Below are positions 24,801 through 36,000 of a DNA stretch of 41,314 bases, one piece after another. Both the position numbers and the translations under genes were made by a program. The stretch is taken from contig NIVC01004585.1 of assembly GCA_002269645.1 (NCBI GenBank), positions 1-41,314 of the forward strand, in the 5' to 3' direction. The notes beneath the pieces were generated by a model that searched no databases, had not been told where the DNA came from, and saw nothing but the letters and a program-made list of their open reading frames with translations. The stretch is from Macrostomum lignano. Taxonomy: Eukaryota. Position 1 is the stretch's first letter, and every line of letters begins with the position of its first letter.

Positions 24801-27296
24801 ATCTTTGTCGCCGACGCAGGCTTTGTTGCAGGAGCTGTCAGCCCCTTTGCCGTATCTGCCGTAGCTGTTGCCGCAAAAGCACTGGTTGCTGTTCTGCACA
24901 CCGAAGTACAGGTAGCCGTAGGCGGCGCACTTGTAGCGACAGTTGTTCAAGTTGACGGCGCCAGATTTGGCTAGCCAGGGCAGGTCGCGGGTTCCCTTGT
25001 CGATGTAGCAGCCCAGGCTGGTGAATTCCACTGTGGGTGCGTCCGACGTATGAATGACGCAATAAATATAACCGAAAGCTAACTCGCTTACTACACATGC
25101 ACAGTAGGCAGAAACAAAAACACTGCTGAATATGGTTCTTTCAGCGAATCGAAAACCCACATGTTTTGCTTTCTTAGCACAAAAAATGTACTTACTTTAT
25201 TACGAGTCTTTTAGAACTTTGTAAACAGACAGTTCAGACCTACAGTGTTCCAATACTATCTAGATAAGTTAACTGCATGAATTATAAATTAGACTTAAGC
25301 CAGAAGACTCAATCAAATTCCTGGGCACCTATATGACTGAACGTCCTGGGAGTAGCACAGCTTTCCATGTTTCCTTAAAAATCCTGTCACATTGTCTCTG
25401 CCTGCCTGGAGAGGTTGAAGTAAAATCAAAGCATTGTATCTTGACTGATGGTGATTGAACATCCAAATACTAAAAATTTGCTATCTAAACTTCTAAAGTA
25501 TCGTATCGATGATTTTTAAATGCTGGTTCCAGTAAGGTCCAAGCCCCAATGCAATCAGAGCCACTCACTACTCTCGATGCCAGTAGCGTAAACGCTGTTT
25601 CGCCAGCCGGCGCCGCAAATCTCGTCCTTCTTGCCGTTGCAGGCCATTCTGCAGCTGGCTTCGGTGCCCTTGCCGTACCGGCCGTAAGTATTGCCGCAGA
25701 AACAGTGAGAACTATATTGCAAGCCAAAGTACTTGTAGCCCCGCTTGATGCAGTAGTTCAGGCAGTATTGAATGCTCATCACGCCACGTGTGTGTTCAGG
25801 AAGATCACGTGCGCCCGAATCAATATAGCAGCCGATATAAGTGCGTTTAGAGGCTGAAATTTCGATGCGGGAATTTTCGTGTAGCCAAGCTTCGTACGAG
25901 TTCATCCAAGCACTGCTCGAGTAGGACGGGAATTTATGCTTCTTGGAAAATTTTAGGAGGCTGGTTTGGAGGCAGGTTGTTACACATTTTGATGCGCAGC
26001 CATTGAGCTAAGAATGATAAAATCAATTCGTAAAGCCAATGAGTCGAGCTGTGCCATTTTTTAAAGATTTTTAGTCACAGGACATGTACGTAGGATATAG
26101 AATTAACAGAGAATCCTAATTTTAGAAACAAAAAGCTTTATGAATATTAATACAGCTATAAGAAAGGCAAGACATAAAAAAGTGAGTATTGGGTCCTATC
26201 GAAAGCAATAAAATTTTTGAGCTGAAAAGGTAGAAACCTCCTATCTCCGTAATGTACTCTTTAGGCAAAACCTTCCTAAAATTTTCCAAGAAACATAGTT
26301 TCCGTCCTTATACTTGATTAGTCCTTGAAATTACCTTCATTCATGCTTCCAGAAAACCATTGAAATTCCCAAAATCCAAAATTAACAAGCAAAAGATCGC
26401 TTCTAAAGGTAACTTAAAAGATTGAACTTATGTTCTAGAGACGGTTTTATCAGCGTGAAAATTCACTACCAAAGCATCAGTTCTACTCACGCGTATACTC
26501 AGTCTCGTAGATGAGGTTGCGCCAGGTGCCGCCGCAGATCTGCTTTTTGTTAACAGAGCAAGGCGTGGCGCAGTCGGCGTCCAAAGCTTTGCCGTGCTTG
26601 CCGTAGCTCTTGCCGCAGAAGCAGTACGCTCCAGCCTGCAGTCCGGCGTACTTGTAGCCCAGGTTGCCGCATCTCTTCACGCAGCTGTTGACGTCGGTGG
26701 TGCCGGCGCTGTGGAAGGGCAAGTCTCTGTTGCCCGTGTCAATGAAGCAGCCCAAGGTTTTGAGGCTAGCCTGTTCTGCAGTTCGACATATGGATATGGC
26801 ATGTGTACTTGGATCTTTAAGCTCACAACTTAGAGAAAATCCGGTAACAGTTACTAACCGACGGTGAGTCCAGTGGCGTAGACGCTGTTGTGCCATCCAC
26901 CACCGCAGATCTGTTCCTTGTTGGCAGCGCACTTGGAGGCGCATTTCGTATTCGCGCTCTTACCATAGCGGCCGTACCTATTGCCGCAGAAGCAATAGCT
27001 GGCCGCCTGGATGCCGGCGTATCTGTACTTCAGCTTGCGACACACGTCGCGACACCTATAGACGTCGGTAGCTTTCACTTCAGCTTTTAGTGGCAAATCT
27101 CGTTCTCCGGTGTCCCGGTAGCAACCGAGGTTTGTGTAGTTTGGAGCTAAATTTGCATTTGTTAGAGAAAGAGTCAATGTCTGTGCGCTGCTATAATCAA
27201 CACAATCTCCATCCACTTACCTTTCAAAGCTTCCCCCGTGGTCGGATCTTGCGAAGCGACGGCTGCCACGAGGCAGAGCAGGAGAACGAACCGCAT
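18765..27296 (-). CDS. Poly-WSC gene 1 (spliced, 19 exons): signal peptide + 13 WSC domains + acidic/Thr-rich linkers; predicted secreted, about 1455 aa if exon 10 is repaired
   Basis: Exons 27221-27296, 26859-27146, 26491-26775, 25569-25853, 24746-25030, 23827-24108, 23019-23306, 22603-22890, 22206-22490, 21879-22117, 21650-21685, 21233-21508, 20879-21160, 20468-20752, 20085-20375, 19837-19989, 19193-19480, 18997-19086, 18765-18817. All introns are GT-AG and phase 1. Each WSC exon shows GC[YF]xD...RDL...C...C...Y.YAG.Q...C.CG..YG.YG...C...C....Q.CGG...N..Y (8 Cys). No TM segment seen. Confidence 0.9.
18997..19086 (-). CDS. WSC gene 1 exon 18
   Basis: ttccag|AG CTG CAA ACC ... AAC CCA A|gtgagt; 90 nt; LQTIVYNYMPKTIVHTITTITYYDENGNP. 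Confidence 0.7.
19193..19480 (-). CDS. WSC gene 1 exon 17, WSC domain M
   Basis: FGCYKDAANRDLP...IFSTSIG|gtgagt; 288 nt. Confidence 0.9.
19837..19989 (-). CDS. WSC gene 1 exon 16, Ser/Thr/Ile-rich linker
   Basis: ttccag|AG TCG GTC ... TAC ACA G|gttagt; 153 nt, phase 1-1, stop-free. Confidence 0.7.
20085..20375 (-). CDS. WSC gene 1 exon 15, WSC domain L
   Basis: LGCYVDQTKRDLP...IYATGLHS|gtgagg; 291 nt. Confidence 0.9.
20468..20752 (-). CDS. WSC gene 1 exon 14, WSC domain K
   Basis: IGCYKDSTDRDLP...IFDTSVA|gtgagt; 285 nt. Confidence 0.9.
20879..21160 (-). CDS. WSC gene 1 exon 13, WSC domain J
   Basis: KGCFVDKPARDLT...VYRTNFK|gtaaga; 282 nt. Confidence 0.9.
21233..21508 (-). CDS. WSC gene 1 exon 12, WSC domain I
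   Basis: VGCYNNNENDRDLP...VYTTSVA|gtaaga; 276 nt. Confidence 0.9.
21650..21685 (-). CDS. WSC gene 1 exon 11, 36-nt acidic micro-exon
   Basis: ttgcag|AA ATA TCC ATC GAA GAG GAA ACG GCT CCG GAC TCA G|gtgagt; counterpart in gene 2 at 2507-2548. Confidence 0.75.
21879..22117 (-). CDS. WSC gene 1 exon 10, mucin-like TTQAPVTEAP linker; 239 nt, frameshifted as assembled
   Basis: ttag|AT GAT GAG ACT (DDETEY) and ends EVIEGGGDN G|gtaagt. One unit of the 30-bp internal repeat lacks 13 bp, giving TGA at 22044-22046. Confidence 0.8.
22206..22490 (-). CDS. WSC gene 1 exon 9, WSC domain H
   Basis: FGCFNDKSVRDLPFLAKTGAITLNNCR...IYATGIGS|gtgagt; 285 nt. Confidence 0.9.
22603..22890 (-). CDS. WSC gene 1 exon 8, WSC domain G
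   Basis: LGCYKDQAVRDLTE...IYESGKPE|gtgagc; 288 nt. Confidence 0.9.
23019..23306 (-). CDS. WSC gene 1 exon 7, WSC domain F
   Basis: LGCYVDKGDRDLP...VYATHAD|gtgagt; 288 nt. Confidence 0.9.
23827..24108 (-). CDS. WSC gene 1 exon 6, WSC domain E
   Basis: FGCFKDAGERDLP...LYASGITVE|gtgcgt; 282 nt. Confidence 0.9.
24746..25030 (-). CDS. WSC gene 1 exon 5, WSC domain D
   Basis: LGCYIDKGTRDLPWLAKSGAVNLNNCR...IYRTNVKA|gtaagt; 285 nt. Confidence 0.9.
25569..25853 (-). CDS. WSC gene 1 exon 4, WSC domain C
   Basis: IGCYIDSGARDLP...VYATGIES|gtgagt; 285 nt. Confidence 0.9.
26491..26775 (-). CDS. WSC gene 1 exon 3, WSC domain B
   Basis: LGCFIDTGNRDLP...NLIYETEYT|gtgagt; 285 nt. Confidence 0.9.
26859..27146 (-). 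CDS. WSC gene 1 exon 2, WSC domain A
   Basis: tttag|CT CCA AAC TAC; LGCYRDTGERDLP...YATGLTV; 288 nt. Confidence 0.9.
27221..27296 (-). CDS. WSC gene 1 exon 1, signal peptide
   Basis: MRFVLLLCLVAAVASQDPTTGEALK then G|gtaagt; 76 nt, phase 1. Confidence 0.85.
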
Positions 27297-27552
27297 GGTA
27301 TGAGTCTTAGAGCAAACTAGTTTCGGTTTATTAGATCTCAAAAGTTGGAGTTGCGCGGAGTCAGAAGTCAGTCAGGGGTCTGTTTTTTATCCTTTTCTGT
27401 TGAAGTGGGGTTGCTGGCTACTTGGTAAACAACTCGACGGATGGCCCAGAGCCTGCATGAAAATTTGACTTAATTGCATTTTTCAAACCGTCACATTGAG
27501 TCACGAGGTTAGCAGAACCACCTGCTGCCACGGGCAGGGAACCGCGGCGTGG

Positions 27553-27765
27553 CCGTGCCAGGGAGACCCAGAGCAGGAACTTGGGGTGGCAACCCTTCCC
27601 CGACCCATTTTCATACAACTATAGGCTTGGCTACAGTTGTTCAGCTTGCACCGTTTGCACCAGAACTGAACAACTGTGGCAAGGCTGACAGTTGTACATG
27701 TATGAAAATGGGTGTCGGAGAAAAGTTGCTACCCCAGGTTCTGGCCCTGGGTCTCCTTGGCCGTG
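27553..27765. repeat. Imperfect inverted repeat (about 95-bp arms, 21-nt loop)
   Basis: 27553-27644 matches the reverse complement of 27666-27765 (ggagacccag...ggggtRgcaac...cccattttcataca...acagttgttcag). Confidence 0.8.
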
Positions 27766-28414
27766 AAGGGGTGGCTGCAATTTGCTGACGCACGCTTTCA
27801 GCTACCAGTAGCTGCAATCCCCACTTTCCGATCCCCAGACCCTCAGCCGAGTCGCGCGCCAAAAAAAATTCGCTTGCATAACTCGCGAAAGACCAAGAGC
27901 GTCTTTTGCGCCCCTACCGAGCCCCCAAGACTTCTGACAGCAATAGGGTTGGGCGTTGAAGGCGCGGCATGAGTAGACTGGTTGCCAATCCCAATGAAAC
28001 GATAATCAAGGGAAAAACACTGCGCTCATGTACAGTCAGGAATGGAATCGATTGAGTCTTACAGTCGTAATTTTTATAGAACCTCCCCATGGCCATATAC
28101 GATAGCACTGTAATGAAGCTATTGAGTTATTATTGAAATATCTCGCGAGGGGTTGATCGTTTTTGCGGCTCAGAGTAAACCAACTCAGCACTGACTCTGG
28201 ACTAGCTCTGGAATCGTTGGCCTTGGGCAGGGGTGACCTTGAATTTCCACTGCAAAATTTAAGTCGTACGAGCGTATAGCTACACAGGAAGGGAATTCAC
28301 AAAGTCTTATGCACACGTCCGCTCCGCGCTCTCGTATTAACTTGCATTTCCATCACTGCCCAGATTGACGCTTGGCTAGAATTCTTCATCAAAGTTTTTG
28401 GAAGCGACATCACG

Positions 28415-28650
28415 CTTTCTTCTTTCCTTTCCTCTCTTGTCTTCTCTCTTCTTGCCTCTCCTCTCTCTTCCATCTTTTTTTATTCCTCTCCTCTCTCTCT
28501 TCTCCTCTCTCCCCTCTCCTCTCTCCTCTCTCCTCTCTCTTCTCTCCTCTCTCTTCTCTTTTCCTCTATCTCCGCTCTTTTCCCCCTTCTCCCCACTTTC
28601 CTCTTTCTTTTTCTCTTCACCTCTCCCCTCTCTCCTCTCCTTGTTCTCAC
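28415..28650. repeat. CT-rich tract
   Basis: ctct/cctct low-complexity sequence. Confidence 0.9.
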
Positions 28651-29955
28651 CCAGCATTCCCCTTGAGCCCTGGCATCTCAGAAACTTCTCTTGGGCAAAA
28701 AATATTGACTTTTGTAACTTTAAGCCAGTTTTTAGATTCGGTTTTTCGCGTCGTTTCGGAGATTAGATTAGGCAAGCCTATGGTTACCGATAGGGATGAG
28801 AATTCGAGATTGTTGGAAAACTTTGTTTTGTTGAAGCAAACCAACAGATTCTCCGAGACAGAATGACCTGGAACGCCCCCCCCCCACCAGGATCATTTTC
28901 TAGGACAAAGTAAGTCATAAAAGTTAAGCTACCGGGGAGCAGAGCAGGCCAGGGAACCCGCCCCCGGAAACTCCTCGGCTTTATTCGCCAGTTCCCAGGG
29001 GGAAGGCAGTCAAAGTGGCGCCAAAATTTAGTTGCCTAGAAGAGACAAAAGAATTAGAGCGGCGGGGGTTAGTGTTAAAGAACTTTAAAAATGAATAACA
29101 CAAAAACAACTCCATAAATTTTGGGTTGCAGTCGAGCGTTGCCTTGTGTTGGCGTTGCTCAATCGGAGCAGAACTTCCTTAGTATATTGCAGCTCTTTTA
29201 GAATCCTCATTTATTCCTTAACGTTTAGAAGCGCAACCCACGGCTCCCGTATGCGTAGTTGATGGGCCATGCAGCGAGCGCATGACCCAACCCAGCGCAG
29301 GCCCTCCTCTGCAACAATCGATTTTCTGTCTACGACTGCAGAGTTAAAGAGCCCCACTCATGCATTTGTTATTTGCAGTAAAGAGTTTTAAAATAAATAG
29401 GACCGACAAACGTCAAGAGTGGTTTTTTGAATGGGTTGCAATAAGAGCTATGCTAATCTTTGTCACATACTTGTAGCAAAAATATTGAATAGAATCCAGC
29501 CTGAGAATAGGCTTGGCACCATCTGTTATGGCAGCATTCGCACGGGATGGTCACATGATTTGCAACTTTCACTGCAGCGCACCTTGAAAAGTTAAACAAT
29601 TTTTTTCTTTGCCATTGCCACCCTTCTCCCTCAAAGAATTAAATTTTCAGATCGCAAAGCTTGGAAGAAATAGACTGATTAGAAGGCCTGCTTATCTGTA
29701 TTGAGTTGAAAGACCCCTCAGTGCTGGGAAGGCCCACTCCGATAGCAAACTGGTGGCAGCTTTCACCAGCCAGTGCGAAGCCTGGCGCTGTATCAATACT
29801 TTCCCTTGGTGGCAGCTCTTTCGGGGCAAGCCAAACTGATAAGCGAACACTGGGCAGAGCCGGGTCAGGAGTATGAAAGCGCTGAAAAAATGATTTTTTG
29901 AAAGACTAGTTTTTTGTGCGAGACCAAAATTTCTAGCTGAAACGACAGCACTGTC

Positions 29956-30025
29956 ATGAGAATCCGGCTATGCACGACTTCGGTCTTCGGCGCCTTGCTG
30001 CTGGCTGCTTGCATCGCCGGCACGG
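29956..30025 (+). CDS. CTL receptor exon 1, signal peptide
   Basis: MRIRLCTTSVFGALLLAACIAGT then G|gtaagt. Confidence 0.85.
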
Positions 30026-33000
30026 GTAAGTCAGTCGGATGAGAAAAGCCGAAAAATTGAATTAAGCATTCGTGTCAGTCCGACAACGACATACTCATTG
30101 GGCAAAAAGACAGAAAAGATTTACAATGTAATCAATAGTTGCCAAATTAAAGTCACAGAAAGCCACTTTAAGACATATTAAATGCGACTCTTGGTTTTTA
30201 AAAGCGAACATTTGCACACAATTTTGTACAATAACGTTCGTACACACATCTACAGGTAACTTTGGAATTGAAAAGTTGAAACTTGCATTAACCATTCTCA
30301 TGCAGCAAGGATGCACTTGAGAATAACTGCAATGTAGTTATTGACGCCGCTGAAAAAGTTGCCTCACAATTTCAGGAGCTCAGAATAATGGAAAATGCCC
30401 GGCGGGTTGGGTCGGCCGCGAAAACAGCAACTGGTGCTACGAGTTCGCTAGCAGCAACGGCAACTACAAGTCCTGGGATGACGCCAAGCTCGCCTGCGAG
30501 GTGCAGCACGGAACTCTGTTGGCCATGGCCGACGTCAGCGAGAGGGTAAACACGCCTCTAATGCTACGGGCACAACTGTCGAAGAAAGAATGCAAGCCTA
30601 ATTCGCTAGTTCGAAATTTCCGAGTATTCAATTTTAGTTTAAAACTCAAAACTTGAGACGGTCGAACTCGAACAATTTGTAAACTTTTTAGGCCGAAATT
30701 TAACATACTAGAAATAGTGTCAGTTTAAAGGTAAAAGTACAAGCCAACAGTTTTGTTTTTATTTTCGGCTAACTGACTGTTGGAGTTGGTAAAACGCCCA
30801 TGGACACGGGATCACACAATACCAAGAGTAGCACCCAATATTTGCGTTTTTGATTTATAATTCAGTTGGGCTAATTAGACGATAGCCTAATAAATTATAT
30901 ATGACCTACTCAATGCAGGAGTGGGTGGCACGAAGAGTTAACGGGTTCCAGTCTGGTAGCAGCTGGTGGCTCGGTCTTGAGAGAACCACCGGAGTCTGGC
31001 GATGGGTCGACAACCGCAGCGGAGGAGAGACGCCGGGAAACTCACCGGAGGACGGCAGGGTGCTGTAAGTTTGTTCCACCGGTTTTTCGTGTATAACTTG
31101 AGACACTTCACACTGCAATAATCGCAAACTCGAGAAAGCTTACTCACAAGTATTCAGTAGTATGACTAAGTAAATTTGCAGGGTCCGTCAAACTTAAAAA
31201 TTTTAGCAAGATAATTATAACAATTGATTACACCTGCGCCAATCGGCAGATGTGCAACCGACAGCTCAGCCGCAGCTTTTGCGCGCGGCGTATCTTAAGC
31301 GTATCTTCCCTTGCGTATCTTCCCTTGTACGGCTGTTCAGTGCAAGGACTGGGGGGGGGGGTCGCCACACACACCCTCAATTACCCCAGCTAATGCTGGC
31401 ACCCATTTTACATCTGGGTGAACTGAAGCAATGCAGAGTTAAGTATCCTGCTCAAGGACACAAATTGTTCCGCGTGGTTCGAGAATCGAAACCCCGACCT
31501 TTAAGTCGTGAGTCCGAAGCCCTAACCACTAGGCTACAACCCCCGTGTAGTCCATGATGTCTAGTATCTTAAATTGGATCTTCACAAATAACGCTCGCAG
31601 CACGTGGTACGAAGGTCACAGTGACAGCAGTCCTGGCAACTGCATGAGCATCAGGGTGGACGGCACAAAAAGCGAAATCCTATACGTGTATCCGCGATCT
31701 TGCAACAAAATGGCTGCCTACATTTGCAAGAAGCAGAAGCGTAGGTCAAGTTCTTGCCTGTCACTGCATCATATACAGTTCTTGTGCCACTCTACAAACA
31801 CCAAAACGAATGCCAAATTCCAGAGGACGCAACGACTTGCGATGCGGACGACGGCTGGGAGACTCACGGAGACCGGTGCTATAAAGCTTTCAACTCTGAT
31901 AACAATGGAGCCTATTGGGAAGACGCTCGGTGAGTACTTGTGCGTGTGTGCAGTTAGGACCTCAACTTCAGGGACTTTGCTTTGCTCCTCCACTAAAAAG
32001 TAGAATGTATAGAATATCGCGCAAGAGTCTTGAATGACTTAGGAAAACGGAAGCCAGTCCGGATCATTTAGAATGTACAGGTACATTTAGAATGTCCGGA
32101 CTCGATTCGTTTTTAAGTAGCTATATACGAGCGTACTTCCCTCTAATTGCAGAGACCATTGCAACCGCATCGAATCGGACTAGTGATCGTGAACGACGCG
32201 ACCACTAGTCAAATTGTCAGGGACATTGTGAATCGCGGTGGTCCCGGGGCCATCACAAATACCTTCTGGATTGGTCTGCGATCGGTTCAGACTGGCAGCA
32301 ATCCCGATCAGTATTCGTGGCGCTGGGTAGACAACTCGCCAGCGATTTACAAGGCTTGGACAAACGGCGAGGAGCCACAGGCTCAAAAAGGCCTTTGCGT
32401 GCACACCGAGGGCACGGATTCATCCCAGCTTTGGCGCGCCTACGGCTGCAATGGCCGAAGGTTCGGCTTTGTGTGCTCCCGGCCCACAGGTACTTGCGCC
32501 ACCGGCTGGTACCAGCACCGGGACACCTGTTATTCTCTGAATCCCACCCAGCTGTCCTGGACACAAGCCTCCGACCACTGCCAGTCCTACGGAGCGACTC
32601 TGCTGAGAATCAAGCAGTGAGTGACAACTGCAGGCATGAAGTTCTTTGTCTTCTCAACTGTATTCCGTCTTTTAATGGATTTGAAAGCTCATAAATGTTT
32701 TACCTATTTCAGGGACCATGTGCAAAAGTTCATCAATATGTACAGGGAGGATTTTGCTAGAAATGGGATCGAATACATTTGGATGGGAATGTACCGTAAG
32801 TACTGATTGTAACTTCAAGGATAATTACGAGATAAATAGTAATACATAGTCATGAGATGATTGTATCGACACTTGAAGCAAAAATATTTCATAGGTTTGT
32901 AAGTTTCTTTTTAACACCTCGTCTAGTCTTAGGATCTTAGGTCGAAAATATTAGCAACCAGGTACGCCAGGTGTCCAAAAAACTCCGGCCCACGGTCAAA

Positions 33001-36000
33001 TGAGACCCACAAAGCCTCTCTATCCGGCCCTCGAACTCTTTGAAGTGGCAATCCAGCTAGTTCAATTTTTAGAACTCTTCTCAGCTCTCCTTATCTCTAA
33101 TCTCTTTTCTTTCTTTCTTCTCTCCTCTCTCCTGTCCCATTGCCCTCTCTTCTCTCTCTCCTCTCTTCCCTCTCCTCTCTCTCCTTCTCATGCCCGCAGT
33201 CATGTGCTAGGCACTGCTAGCTTGTACGAGCGTAGATGTGAGCCGTCCCCATGGGGACGCTTTTATAAGACCTCAATTTCATAACGCCCAAAACCACCAC
33301 ACTTCACAACGCCTAAATTTCATATCGCCTAAATTTTATAACGGAAAAAATGAATGTGAACGAGCGTGCAGAGATTTTAGGCATTGTGAAATTCAGGCGA
33401 TATGAAGTTTAGTTGATGTGAAGTCATGTGCTTGTGAAATTTGGGTCTTAAAATACCGGTCAGACAGACATTAGAGATTTAGTATATTGTAAAAGCGCCC
33501 CATTTCAGTGGGTTCACAAGCTTAGTGACATTTATTTTCTCATTGAACTTTAACTCGATAGGCGCTGTATCAGAAAGCGGAGAAATCAAGTGGACCTCCG
33601 GCGACCCGGTCAGCTCGGGATACACCAACTGGGCCAACGGCCAACCTCAGCTGGACGATGGAAGAGCCAACGCCGGTAGAGTCATCGCCATCGATGACGG
33701 AGGTCGCTGGCAGATTGCGAATCCAACGGCAAAAGGCGGATTCGTGTGCGAGATACCTTTGGGAAAGACGCCGCTAGTGCCAACTACAGTTTATCGTAAG
33801 TACCAAACTTTACCAGTTAAGACATTTTTAAACTGTCAGCCGAGTAAATATTAGAAACAGGGTGTAAAAGCGTACAAGTACAGCGTAGTTTAAAGAGGAT
33901 GTGAACTAAAGAGTCAGAATGGAGCCCGAAACATTGGGTCCCGATTTCTCTACGCCAATCCCTTCATTTTGAGCCAAATAGCTCCCGTTATGTCTAAAAC
34001 CGACCACTTTAGCATTTGGGGATCTCTATGGGGAGAAATGGGATGAATGGCGATTTCATGTGATCGGAAACCTTTCTGTGTTATTTTGAGTTTAAAATGT
34101 TTTCATTGTGTTTTTTCAGGACCCTCTAACATACAGCCATTTATGAAACATTGTACTAAAACTTGACGTTAGTTACATGAGAATGATTCAGGGCATGTAC
34201 GTTTAGGATAACATAAACATTATTAAGAGATAACATAACGGGGCATACTATAACATTACTATCGCTCCTATTCTTCATAAAAACACATAAAAAGAGCGTT
34301 TATCATGGTTATCTCGTCATTCAAGCAGTTGAAGCTCCAAATGAAGGGACTGGCGTAGAGAAACCGGGACCGAATGCTTCGGGCTCCATTTTGACTCTTA
34401 AGTTCACATCCTCCTTCGTTCGAATCGCTAACAAAATACTAGACTCTTAGGCGTTTTAGCTTTTAAATTGACAACATATTTTTATAATTTCGAGGGTTTT
34501 CTACCGGTTAATTGAGATTTCCATTTGTGAAAATACTGTGTAATGCAAAAACGCTTTCAAGCAAAAAAATACTCCTAAATTTACAACCACTATTCCAAGG
34601 CTGAACTTTGTAACTTTGAACCTTGCACCTTGCAGCAAGTTTTGTTTGCGAGCAAGGCTGGATCCTGTACGGTTCTCGCTGCTACAAGCTGGAGTCAAAC
34701 AAGTTCGTGGACTGGCTGACCGCCAGAGCCAACTGCCAGGCGTTTCCAGGCGCCGATCTCATCGACATCCGGGGCAGATCCGAGCAAGAGTTCATTCAGA
34801 AGCAGCTGGACCCGAGACGCGACTACTGGATCGGACTGCACACCCGCAGCACGGAGGACCGTAGCTGGGTGTGGGTTGTGGACAACTCACCCATGGACTA
34901 CCAGAACTGGCAGAAGGGCGAGCCAAATAACCTGGAGAAAGAAGAGAATTGCGTAGAGATGTACACCTCCGGCACGTGGAATGACAACAGATGCACTTAC
35001 CGATTGTCATACATCTGCAAAGTGCTCGCAAGTAAGTAAAATCTCTGTTCAAAAATTCTGATCAAGCAGCTATTTTTCACAAGTCTAACTGACCCAGAAG
35101 CATGACTATAATGATAATTTGGGACGTTTTTGTCATAGACGTGAACGGATCGCCGCGGCCTACGTTGCCGGCACAACTACACCAAATTTCGATCCGTTTT
35201 GCGGACCACTGTGGAGACGAGATCCGACGTCGAACTATTGCTACCTGTTTAACACGGACCCGTTAATCTGGTTCGACGCCAAGCATCAGTGCGAGTTCCA
35301 AGGAGGCAAACTGGCCAGCATTGTCACTCAGGAGGTGAGACTTCGATCGCCGTATCGATTTTGGTGGCCTGAACAGAATCTTATTGAATTTTGAGGCTGC
35401 AGTTATGCATGTAACAGGTACCCTCGTAGAACGGAAGCTAGCTGGTGCACTAATATAGAAATATTTGCCTAGATAAACAAAAATACAGCGTATGGCGCAC
35501 AATTGTAATCACAATATACTAATCTTATATTGCTAAATTTAAAGTCACTTAAACTCATCATTATTTACTTTAATTGCAGGAAAAGGCATACATTGCCGCA
35601 CGAATCAAAACTATGAAGGACGAAGACAGTGGAATTCTCGGCTTCTGGCTGGGTTTTAATGACAGGTAATAAAGTTGGAATGATTCTACATGCTTCAATA
35701 CATCTCCTTTGCGTGAAGCTAGGTAGCAGGTAGCCGATAATGTAGAACTACACGGTGAAGCCACCAAAAGGGAATATTTATCATTCTGCGTAACAGGGCC
35801 GAGGAAGGCTACTGGGTGTGGGACGACGGCGAGCCGGTGACTTACCTGAATTGGGTGGCCGGCGAGCCAAACAACGCCGGAGCTGGCGAAGACTGCGGCA
35901 TGATCTACGCTGATTCGGCCATGTGGAATGACGTCGCCTGCGAAAAGCGATACGCCAGCATCTGCAAAAAGCTGGGAAATGTGCTCATAACTATTGAGCC

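Noticed and set aside
31470-31545. tRNA gene
   Set aside because: A and B boxes are present, but the sequence continues into a SINE body and tail and I could not build a proper cloverleaf.
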